Positions 15,951-22,966 of a stretch of DNA of 32,000 nucleotides are shown here, one piece after another. The position numbers and the translations under genes were made by a program. The notes beneath the pieces were generated by a model. That model had not been told where the DNA came from. It saw only the letters and a list, made by a program, of their open reading frames with translations, and did not search any database. Numbering within the stretch: the stretch's first letter is position 1; every line of letters starts with the position of its first letter. Source of the DNA: Ruminococcus albus 7 = DSM 20455 (lineage in GTDB: Bacteria > Bacillota > Clostridia > Oscillospirales > Ruminococcaceae); contig NC_014833.1 in the NCBI RefSeq assembly GCF_000179635.2, positions 2,520,001-2,552,000 on the forward strand, in the 5' to 3' direction.

Positions 15951-16685
15951 CCTCAGCAGCACATCAATCACCACAGCAACAGGTGCGGCATAGTACAAAA
16001 CATCGCCAATCGTTCTGACGGTGCAGAAACGTTTTACTGACTTGCTGATTTGCTCGGAAGCATTTTCCGCCGCCGCTGTTGCCGATCTCACGCTGTTGGT
16101 GCAGGAAGTTATATCCTTCTCCATCTGATCGCTGTTTGCCTGCACATACTGCATCAGCTCGTTGATGGCTTCTTTCTCCTGCGCTTTGACCTGATGATAG
16201 ATGTTGTAAACACTGTCAGAGACCTCTGTCCTGACGCTTTTTGCGTACTGCTCTTGCAGGCTCAGGTTCTGCATCTGATGTTCGGACAACCTTTGTATTT
16301 CGGCGTTTATAGCTGTCGAATAGTTCTTCAAAAGTTGGCACATCTTTAGCGTTGCCGTTACCAGAAGAAGGACTCTCTCGTCCCTCTGTGCGTCCACTGA
16401 CGATACTCCGATCTCCTCCGCCATTTCCCGAACTCTCGTTTCGATTGCGTCCAGTTCCGGCAAAGGTGCTGCCTGTTTCTTGGTTTCCATTGGTCTTACC
16501 CCCTGTCTCTGTGCCTTGTGTGATTGTTCGTACTCCCTGTGGATACGCTCCGCTTCTTTTATCATCTGTTCCCGTGTAAAGACCGCCGTTTGCTGTTTGT
16601 GTTCTGTCTGCGGTTCTTGTACTGTCGGCGGTGAGGGCTTCGGCTCTGTCGGCTTCTTGCCCTCGCCAAATCTTGGTAAGCTCAT
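15933..16685 (-). CDS. Coiled-coil protein with C-terminal hydrophobic (tail-anchor-like) segment; overlaps the relaxase 3' region out of frame
   Basis: 250 aa. AAAGGA lies 7 nt upstream of ATG 16685. It has a Pro/Lys-rich linker, then helical heptad-like sequence, and ends GDVLYYAAPVAVVIDVLLRLFDFI. The 3' 283 nt (15933-16215) are covered by no other minus-strand ORF. Confidence 0.55.
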   Translation of the reverse strand: MSLPRFGEGKKPTEPKPSPPTVQEPQTEHKQQTAVFTREQMIKEAERIHREYEQSHKAQRQGVRPMETKKQAAPLPELDAIETRVREMAEEIGVSSVDAQRDERVLLLVTATLKMCQLLKNYSTAINAEIQRLSEHQMQNLSLQEQYAKSVRTEVSDSVYNIYHQVKAQEKEAINELMQYVQANSDQMEKDITSCTNSVRSATAAAENASEQISKSVKRFCTVRTIGDVLYYAAPVAVVIDVLLRLFDFI

Positions 16686-17502
16686 ATTTGATTCCTTTCA
16701 CTGTATATTTGTCACCCAGCTTACTGCCCCTGACCGAGACAAGTTTACCGTTCTTATCGGTATAATTCGGGTGACGGTAGGATATAGTGTTGCCCTTGAC
16801 ACGGCATTCCACATGATAATGCTTCATCAGGGCATTGACCACATCTTCTAAAGTTTTGTTGTTCGAGTCGGCGCACTCGATACGAATGACTTCCCGAAGT
16901 TCATCTTTGAATGTTTCCTTACCCTTAGCTTTCATCTGCTTCTCGGCAAAGGTTTCCTTGTCACGGTCGGGATCATCGTTATAATAATCCTTACGGACAG
17001 AGTGTACAAGCCCTCGCTTCATGCACTGCTCCCCGAAAAATTCGCACATGGTCTGCAAATCTTTCTGACTGCGGCGGTATGCCTTGCCTGTGACGGTGTG
17101 GCAGTTGCCCAGAAGAAAATGGACGTGCTTGTGCGGTTTGTCGGTGTGAACGGCAAACATGACCTGATAGCCGTCAAAAAACTTCTCGGCGAACTCCTTT
17201 GCAATGTTAAACACTTCTTCATAGGTCAGCTTGTCATTATCATCGGGAGAGAACGACAGCGACATCTTGAACGCAAGGTTCGTCCGCTTGTTATCACGCT
17301 TGCCGAACAGCTTTCGTGTGGTGAGAATGTCACAAGAATAAATGTTGCGGTCGCAGTTCATCTCCCAGCACAAATGCGGCGCAGTTTTTATGACACCTGC
17401 CTGCTGCTGTTCGGGCAGCTCACCCAGCATATACCGTGAAGCCCGGTCAAGCTGTATCTGCGATTTGCAGGGTTTATAGTCCACATTGACATTTCCGTAC
17501 AT
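16216..17502 (-). CDS. MobA/VirD2-family relaxase (mobilization nuclease)
   Basis: The histidine triad region FAVHTDKPHKHVHFLLGN is typical of the relaxase/mobilisation nuclease domain. ATG 17502 overlaps the mobC stop (TGATG). The last ~155 codons are G/T/R/S-rich low complexity and overlap another ORF. Confidence 0.8.
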   Translation of the reverse strand: MYGNVNVDYKPCKSQIQLDRASRYMLGELPEQQQAGVIKTAPHLCWEMNCDRNIYSCDILTTRKLFGKRDNKRTNLAFKMSLSFSPDDNDKLTYEEVFNIAKEFAEKFFDGYQVMFAVHTDKPHKHVHFLLGNCHTVTGKAYRRSQKDLQTMCEFFGEQCMKRGLVHSVRKDYYNDDPDRDKETFAEKQMKAKGKETFKDELREVIRIECADSNNKTLEDVVNALMKHYHVECRVKGNTISYRHPNYTDKNGKLVSVRGSKLGDKYTVKGIKYELTKIWRGQEADRAEALTADSTRTADRTQTANGGLYTGTDDKRSGAYPQGVRTITQGTETGGKTNGNQETGSTFAGTGRNRNESSGNGGGDRSIVSGRTEGRESPSSGNGNAKDVPTFEELFDSYKRRNTKVVRTSDAEPEPARAVRKKRQDRGL

Positions 17503-17855
17503 CACTTAACGCCTTTAATGCTGAACTTCGGATTATCCAGAAATGCAAGAATCCGCTTCATGACGGCTTCATTGGTAATTCGGATAGCCCCGATCTCGGC
17601 TCTGACCTTATCGTCCTGCCCGATGTTGGAATAGTAAGCAAGCTGATTGAGGTTCGTGCCGATCTTGCGAATCTCGTGGATAAGCGGTGCGATGTCATCT
17701 GCCACGCTGTAGATCCTGACTTCGCTGTCCCTGATTGCTTGCATCAGATAGTCGGTCTTGCTCAGTCCGCTTGTTTCATGCTTGGTATTCCAGAGCTGAA
17801 GCTCCTCGTCGGTCAGTTTCAGACTGATCGAGTGATAGCGCTTTCTGTTTATCAT
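17502..17855 (-). CDS. mobC: MobC-family relaxosome accessory protein
   Basis: 117 aa. ISLKLTDEELQLW...GLSKTDYLMQAI...IRKIGTNLNQLAYYSN is the MobC (bacterial mobilisation protein) pattern. It sits directly upstream of the relaxase. Confidence 0.8.
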   Translation of the reverse strand: MINRKRYHSISLKLTDEELQLWNTKHETSGLSKTDYLMQAIRDSEVRIYSVADDIAPLIHEIRKIGTNLNQLAYYSNIGQDDKVRAEIGAIRITNEAVMKRILAFLDNPKFSIKGVK

Positions 17856-17868
17856 TTTTATCCTTTCT

Positions 17869-17975
17869 CCGCCTGCGGCGGTCTTAGGGGAAGGTCTCGG
17901 AGGGGGAACGTCTCTGAGCAGGGAGACCGATGTGTCACTACATCGGTGCTACCTGCCCGGCGCAATCCGACGGGT
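17869..17975 (-). other. Candidate oriT (cluster of GC-rich inverted repeats upstream of mobC)
   Basis: CCGCC-tgc-GGCGG (17869-17881), GGTCTC...GAGACC (17893-17928) and CCGATGT-gtcact-ACATCGG (17927-17946). The call rests on position relative to mobC and the relaxase only; no nick site was identified. Confidence 0.35.
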
Positions 17976-18214
17976 CACGGTCCTGTTATTACAAGACATC
18001 ACGGCGATAAGCCGTTTTTTCATAAGCAATTCGCTCCGCCGATTGCGTTCGAGTCTGCAAATTCCTCTGTGATATTTGCAGGCTTTCTCTTTTCGCATAA
18101 AATGCTATCGGGCATTTTTGCGTTATATCCCCGATTTTTCCACCGTCTATTGGTTTGTTGCTGTTGTTGTAACACTCCGATATATGTACGGCGGTAAAGC
18201 TGTTTCAAGCAGTA

Positions 18215-18676
18215 TCAGCCGCCGATAAAATCGAAATCAATACCGGAATAATCATCATTTTCGCTGTTATCAGCGTTGCCAAAGCCCTCCGCGGCGCTCG
18301 GATTGCCGCTCACGGCATATCCTCTGCTGTCCATTGTTCCCATGGGAACAGCTCGAATCTCATTGAACTGTACAGGGTAACTGCTGTTCAGACTCAGCAT
18401 CAGACTTGCGAGAAACTTCGGCATTTCGGCGATAAACGCCTTGCCTACCTCGCTGACGATCTGCTGAATGAAACGCTCCTCACGCTGACGGGTCTCGAAA
18501 TACGGGTCATCAGCCAGTTTTCCCATACGGTCAAAGTAGTCATTGACCGCCGTAATGGCTGCAACATTGGTGGACTTGATCTTGTCCTTATCATAGTTAT
18601 GAAGATAGTCCCAGGCTTTGGCGTGTTCGGGGTTATCCATATTGAAGCGGAAACAAGTAGTCAGAACCTTGCTCAT
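18215..18676 (-). CDS. ParR-like centromere-binding adaptor candidate (RHH-like N-terminus, acidic C-terminal tail)
   Basis: 153 aa, translationally coupled to parM (ATGA overlap at 18673-18676), with an AAGGAGGAG RBS. The N-terminus TCFRFNMDNPEHAKAWDYL fits a ribbon-helix-helix pattern, and the C-terminus is NSENDDYSGIDFDFIGG. The assignment rests on position and shape only. Confidence 0.5.
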   Translation of the reverse strand: MSKVLTTCFRFNMDNPEHAKAWDYLHNYDKDKIKSTNVAAITAVNDYFDRMGKLADDPYFETRQREERFIQQIVSEVGKAFIAEMPKFLASLMLSLNSSYPVQFNEIRAVPMGTMDSRGYAVSGNPSAAEGFGNADNSENDDYSGIDFDFIGG

Positions 18677-19596
18677 TTCTTCTCCTCCTTTTTAAGCTGT
18701 GCAACGGCGAAATATTCATAGCCCTTTGCAGAAGCCTTAATGTCCTCGATGATAGTTACTCTATCCTTATCATAGTTTCCGAAATTTTTGATGAGCTTTC
18801 CTCCGCCGCCCGTGATGTAAAGGCGCATCATTTTCGGGTCATATTCATACTTGCGGAGCAGAGCAAAAATGCTCTCGGCGTATTCGGAAATTGCCTGTCT
18901 GAGAACCTCGGCATACTCGCTGTCAATGTCGGCAGTTCCGTAACGGATCATCGACTGGATAATGGTCTCGTCAACGGTCACGCCCAGCTTGTTCATCATA
19001 GCATTGGACGCAGCCTTTACGCACTGGTTCACGCCCATTTTCTCGGTGTAGGTTTTGGTGTTGATGACACGCTTGTTGCTGACGAAAATGATGTTGACCG
19101 TTCCGTTGCCGATGTCTGCAATCATGCTGAGACCTGTCATATCGTTCAGCTTGTCCACCACGGCAGCGTAGCCCTGCGGATACACATAGCAACCGATGAT
19201 GCGGACGGAGTAGAGCTTGTCCTCGTATTTGAAGTCCACGCTCTCCCTCTGCAACATATACTTGCGGAAATCCTCACGCTGTCTGCCTACCCAGGTGATC
19301 GGCAGTCCTACAGCGAGGTAAATCTTAGCCGAGGTGATGCCCTCTTGGTTCAGCTCACGGGCGATACCCATAAGCGTGAAGATGTAGTTGTCATCGTCCT
19401 GCCACTTGTCGGCAAGATACTCCTTGTGTCCCTCACCGATCTGATAGTAGTTCCCTTCAAAGAAAAGAGTATTTTTCGTAAAGGTCGGTGCGGCATCGAG
19501 CTTGGTGATGCCTGTGGGCGTGACCGTGTTGGCGGTCTTGATGTTGCCGTAACCGTGGTCGATGCCCACGATCAGGAAGTCGTTATAGTGTTTCAT
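18673..19596 (-). CDS. parM: ParM/StbA-family actin-like segregation ATPase
   Basis: 307 aa. Actin-fold phosphate motifs VGIDHGYGNIKT, ADIGNGTVN and YITGGGG. GGAGGA RBS upstream. Confidence 0.8.
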   Translation of the reverse strand: MKHYNDFLIVGIDHGYGNIKTANTVTPTGITKLDAAPTFTKNTLFFEGNYYQIGEGHKEYLADKWQDDDNYIFTLMGIARELNQEGITSAKIYLAVGLPITWVGRQREDFRKYMLQRESVDFKYEDKLYSVRIIGCYVYPQGYAAVVDKLNDMTGLSMIADIGNGTVNIIFVSNKRVINTKTYTEKMGVNQCVKAASNAMMNKLGVTVDETIIQSMIRYGTADIDSEYAEVLRQAISEYAESIFALLRKYEYDPKMMRLYITGGGGKLIKNFGNYDKDRVTIIEDIKASAKGYEYFAVAQLKKEEKK

Positions 19597-19690
19597 TGGT
19601 ATTCCTCCAATCTTTTTATTCAGTCATTCGGATAGCTGTGCGCTGTCCTTTGGCTGTAATTTTAGTATAGCACAGATCGGCTCTCAGTGG

Positions 19691-19755
19691 GTTGACAACA
19701 ACCTGACAAGAACCTGACAAAACAGGTTTGTCAATTCTGTCAACTTTGTCAGGTC
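19691..19755. repeat. parC-like array of TTGACA/ACCTGACAA repeats in direct and inverted orientation
   Basis: GTTGACAAC AACCTGACAAG AACCTGACAAAAC AGGTTTGTCAA TTCTGTCAAC TTTGTCAGGTC, 95-160 nt upstream of parM. An extended -10 (TGCTATACT, minus strand, 19672-19664) lies between the array and the gene. Confidence 0.5.
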
Positions 19756-19899
19756 ATGTTCTGAGTTGCAACGGAGAGGGCAGAAATATGTGCTATAAAT
19801 GAACAAGCCCTCGGAGCGTTATACTCTGAGGGCTAGTAAGCGTATAACCCCCCGCATCATAAAAGCAAACAGCCGGGCAGATAACACCCGGCCGTAACA

Positions 19900-20439
19900 T
19901 CATATTCTGGCTTTGATTTCTCCATTTCTCTTTGCGTCCATGTATATTTCTTTGAAATCAGCTTTGCTGTTCGGACCGAATATGATCGGCATAACAGATA
20001 CCAGGCCATCGGAAATGATCGCATTTTTAAATGGCAGAAGCGCTGCATCAAGCAAAGTTGGCATCGGTGCATTTCTCAGCATTTCCTCCCAACTGCTGAC
20101 AATGCCGTTTACAAGAAAAACAGAATTGTCATCGATCGATATAAATACCGATCCCTTTTTCCAATGTCGCTCAATGATAAATCTGCCGGTGATGCACCCT
20201 TTCCAGCTTTTAAGTATCTCCATGTGTTCTTCGGGCAGATCCGATCGCTCAAGATAATCATCAATGATCCATGTCCGTTCCCATAAAAAGTGGGCAACCT
20301 CCGCAGCGTCCTGTGGGTCGATCATTCCTTGCCCGAAATAATCTTCCTCAGGAAGTATATGATATTCTCTGTTCACATAGTCAAGCAGTGGAAAAAACAG
20401 TTCATAAAACAGCTTTGCATCTTCATTACTAAGTTTCAT
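19900..20439 (-). CDS. Hypothetical protein (179 aa) encoded inside the IS66 element downstream of tnpC
   Basis: GGAGGGAAG RBS embedded in the last codons of tnpC, with an 11-nt overlap. The ORF ends 47 nt before the terminal inverted repeat. No motif recognised. Confidence 0.6.
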   Translation of the reverse strand: MKLSNEDAKLFYELFFPLLDYVNREYHILPEEDYFGQGMIDPQDAAEVAHFLWERTWIIDDYLERSDLPEEHMEILKSWKGCITGRFIIERHWKKGSVFISIDDNSVFLVNGIVSSWEEMLRNAPMPTLLDAALLPFKNAIISDGLVSVMPIIFGPNSKADFKEIYMDAKRNGEIKARI

Positions 20440-21940
20440 TTTCTTCCCTCCATGGTAATAATATCGTCCCCGCAGGCTGTGAAAACAGCTCGGTCAGGTA
20501 TTTCTCAGCATCAACACCGTTCGCCTGTGCAGTTGAAATGATCGAATACAGCGTTGCACTTGATCTGGCTCCGTTTGCTGTATTTGAAAACAGCCAATTT
20601 TTTCGGCCTAACGCAAACGGTCTTATTGCGTTTTCGGCTCTGTTGTTGTCGATAGGCACGTCTCCGTTTTCAAGAAACGTGTAAAGATATTTCCGTTCAT
20701 TCAACGCATATCTTACTGCATCTGTCAGCTTGCCCTTACCACTGACCTGAACATTTTCAAGCCACGCAAAAAACTCGTCAAGCAAAGGCTTTACCTTCAC
20801 AAGGCGCTGTTTATATCTGTATTCTGTGGAGCTGTCGGCAAGCAGATTTTCTTCGTGATATATCTTGTTGAAATATTCTACTGCCTTTGCCGCAACAGAA
20901 GTGCTGTGCAGCTTTTGGTCGTTCGGAAGAGCCTGAATAAAACCACGCCTTGCATGAGTCATACAGCCGCATCGCTTAGCACCCTCGACTGCATTGTAGG
21001 CATCGTATCCGTCACAGATAAGATAGCCGATAAATCCTTTCAGGAAATTCGAGGCGTGCTCACCCTTTCGTGTCGGCTGATAATCGAAAATGATGATGCT
21101 CCTGTCATTCATTTTGCCGTTGCAGTAGACCCACATTCTTGATGTCGTGGTAGGCTTTCGGCCTTCCTCGTGAAGCACCTGAACGGTCGTTTCATCGGCA
21201 TGGATCATCTGCCCTGCGATAAGCGTCTCATGCATTTTCTCCACAATCGGCAAACACCATTTTTCGGCAGCAGTGCCTACCCAATTAGACATAGTCGCTT
21301 TGAGCAGAGGTATGTTTTTGGAATTAAAGTCCTTTTCCTGACGGTGCAGAGGTACTGACTTTGCATATTTTTCGTAGATGATATGAGCCAGAAGTTCGGG
21401 AGAGCAATAGCTTCCCGGGATCATAGCGTGAGGATATGGCGCACGGATGATATGACAAGGTTCGTCCCTTTCTTCGGGCTTTTCTCCGCACTCGGGACAC
21501 TTGTACTTATGTACTATATGCCTGCGGATATGATATTTTGGCGGCGTAAATATAAGTTCATCGTAAGCCTTTTCGGGAGTCAGTTCTTCCATTTCGGCGC
21601 CGCATATTTCGCATACCGGGTTGTCAATTTTGTGATGTTCTTCTTTTACAGGCAGATTGTTCATCCATTCATCGTGAGTGCGTTTTTTCTTGCGCTTGTG
21701 TTCGGGAACAGTAATTGTTTCGGCAGATTTAGCTGCGGATTTTTCTTCATTGTTTCCGAACATGGAAAGCTGAACACCGAACTCCTTTTCCATAACAACA
21801 GATGTCTGCTCTGTTTTTCTTCCGAATATCTGCTTTCTGAACCACGCTAACTGCTGATTGGCAAGTGCTAGTTCTTCCTTGAGAACAGCGTTTTCATTAC
21901 GGAGCGATACAATTTCCGATGTCATATTTGGTTCGGACAT
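20429..21940 (-). CDS. tnpC: IS66-family transposase TnpC
   Basis: N-terminal leucine-zipper-like region NAVLKEELALANQQLAWFRKQIFGRKTEQ, zinc-finger cysteines (CEICG...CPECG), and a DDE region (ADETT...CDGY...NRAEN). GGAGGGG precedes ATG 21940, which I prefer over track start 22006. Confidence 0.9.
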   Translation of the reverse strand: MSEPNMTSEIVSLRNENAVLKEELALANQQLAWFRKQIFGRKTEQTSVVMEKEFGVQLSMFGNNEEKSAAKSAETITVPEHKRKKKRTHDEWMNNLPVKEEHHKIDNPVCEICGAEMEELTPEKAYDELIFTPPKYHIRRHIVHKYKCPECGEKPEERDEPCHIIRAPYPHAMIPGSYCSPELLAHIIYEKYAKSVPLHRQEKDFNSKNIPLLKATMSNWVGTAAEKWCLPIVEKMHETLIAGQMIHADETTVQVLHEEGRKPTTTSRMWVYCNGKMNDRSIIIFDYQPTRKGEHASNFLKGFIGYLICDGYDAYNAVEGAKRCGCMTHARRGFIQALPNDQKLHSTSVAAKAVEYFNKIYHEENLLADSSTEYRYKQRLVKVKPLLDEFFAWLENVQVSGKGKLTDAVRYALNERKYLYTFLENGDVPIDNNRAENAIRPFALGRKNWLFSNTANGARSSATLYSIISTAQANGVDAEKYLTELFSQPAGTILLPWREENET

Positions 21941-22032
21941 AAAGCACCCCTCCGTTCGTGATGATACTTTAATGATACCACGAAAAGAGGGGCTTTTCAA
22001 GCACATATTCTGAATATTCGGTAAGTATTGCC

Positions 22033-22389
22033 TTAATACAGCGCCCCCGGCTTTCCCTCACGGATAGCCTTCGGCTGCTCTATTTTCAAGCCTTCCAGAA
22101 GCCAGCGAATTTGCTGAGATGTGAGCATTACTGCTTCGGTCTCACTGCGCGGCCACTGGAATCTTCCGTTGTCAAGGCGCTTGTACAACAGCAGAAAACC
22201 ATCGCCCTCCCACAGCAGACCTTTGATGCGGTCACAACGTCTGCCGCAGAACAAAAACAATGCTTTCGAGAACGGGTCAAGTCGAAGCTGAGCCTGAACG
22301 ATAGTCGCAAGTCCGTCTATCCCGCGTCGAAGGTCGGTGTATCCCGTAACAAGATAGACCTGTGCGTCCGCTGCCAGATCATTCAGCAT
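22033..22389 (-). CDS. tnpB: IS66-family accessory protein TnpB (Orf2)
   Basis: 118 aa. VYLVTGYTDLRRGIDGLA...LFLFCGRRCDRIKGLLWEGDGFLLLYKRLE-like sequence is the conserved IS66 Orf2 pattern. Confidence 0.9.
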   Translation of the reverse strand: MLNDLAADAQVYLVTGYTDLRRGIDGLATIVQAQLRLDPFSKALFLFCGRRCDRIKGLLWEGDGFLLLYKRLDNGRFQWPRSETEAVMLTSQQIRWLLEGLKIEQPKAIREGKPGALY

Positions 22390-22700
22390 AGCTCATGCAC
22401 CAAAGCGGTCAGAGTGTCCGCAGATATATCTGCCGGAAGAGATATTTGAAGTCCGTTTTTCTCAATGCGGATATTTTCGTTTGAGCAAGGAACTGATACA
22501 GGAACGATGGTCGGAGAATTTTCGATATACTTTTCACGAACTTTTCTTAGGCGGTTGTAATACGTGTTTGGCTTGATCCCTTTTTCTTTGCACCATTCCC
22601 GGATCGTCAGACCGCTTGCCTGCTGTGCTTTGATCTGCGCAGACCATTCCTGAAGCTGCATTTCTTTTTTGATTGTTGTGATGGATGTTGTTTTGTCCAT
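22383..22700 (-). CDS. tnpA: IS66-family accessory protein TnpA (Orf1, HTH)
   Basis: About 105 aa from ATG 22700 (AGGAGG RBS). WSAQIKAQQASGLTIREWCKEKGIKPNTYYNRLRKV is HTH-like. Overlaps the tnpB start. Confidence 0.8.
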   Translation of the reverse strand: MDKTTSITTIKKEMQLQEWSAQIKAQQASGLTIREWCKEKGIKPNTYYNRLRKVREKYIENSPTIVPVSVPCSNENIRIEKNGLQISLPADISADTLTALVHELC

Positions 22701-22920
22701 ACCTGTTACCTCCTTGTCTAATCGTCTCCAATGAACTCCATGGATCAATTTGGATTATTCAATTTACTTCATGGTGTTCCTTGGAGTTTATTATACTTTA
22801 TTAGACTTCGGTGGGGTAGGTGCTGGGGGTTATACGCTTACGGTTATACGCTTACGAGGGCTATTTAATGTGTGGTAGCAGGGCAGGGTAACTTTGATCC
22901 CACCGGAATCAAAGTTGACA

Positions 22921-22958
22921 TAAAAACGGCTCCGGAATATTTCATCCAGAGCCGTTTT
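22921..22958 (-). terminator. Rho-independent terminator after the giant surface-protein gene
   Basis: Stem AACGGCTC(C)GGA / TCC(A)GAGCCGTT (22925-22956), followed on the minus strand by TTTTTA. It lies 9 nt after the stop at 22967. Confidence 0.6.
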
Positions 22959-22966
22959 CGGGTTAA

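Larger units (their letters stand above)
19836..22855 (-). mobile_element. IS66-family insertion sequence, complete, with 8-bp target-site duplication
   Basis: The terminal inverted repeats are GTAAGCGTATAACCCCCC (19836-19853) and GGGGGTTATACGCTTAC (22825-22841). The latter is followed by a second copy of the last 14 bp (22842-22855). Identical GAGGGCTA flanks sit at 19828-19835 and 22856-22863. The element contains tnpA, tnpB, tnpC and one extra ORF. Confidence 0.9.

Noticed and set aside
17676-18197. 173-aa + strand ORF across mobC and the putative oriT region
   Set aside because: It is antisense to mobC in its first third and then runs through GC-rich repeats. Its R/C-rich translation (..LLVCCCCCNTPIY..) is implausible as a protein.
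19789-19800. TGTGCTATAAAT on the + strand, resembling the extended -10 boxes at 11082 and 13380, considered as a promoter
   Set aside because: It is followed within 10 nt by a strong hairpin and then the IS66 end, with no + strand gene downstream. It may be a relic or coincidental.
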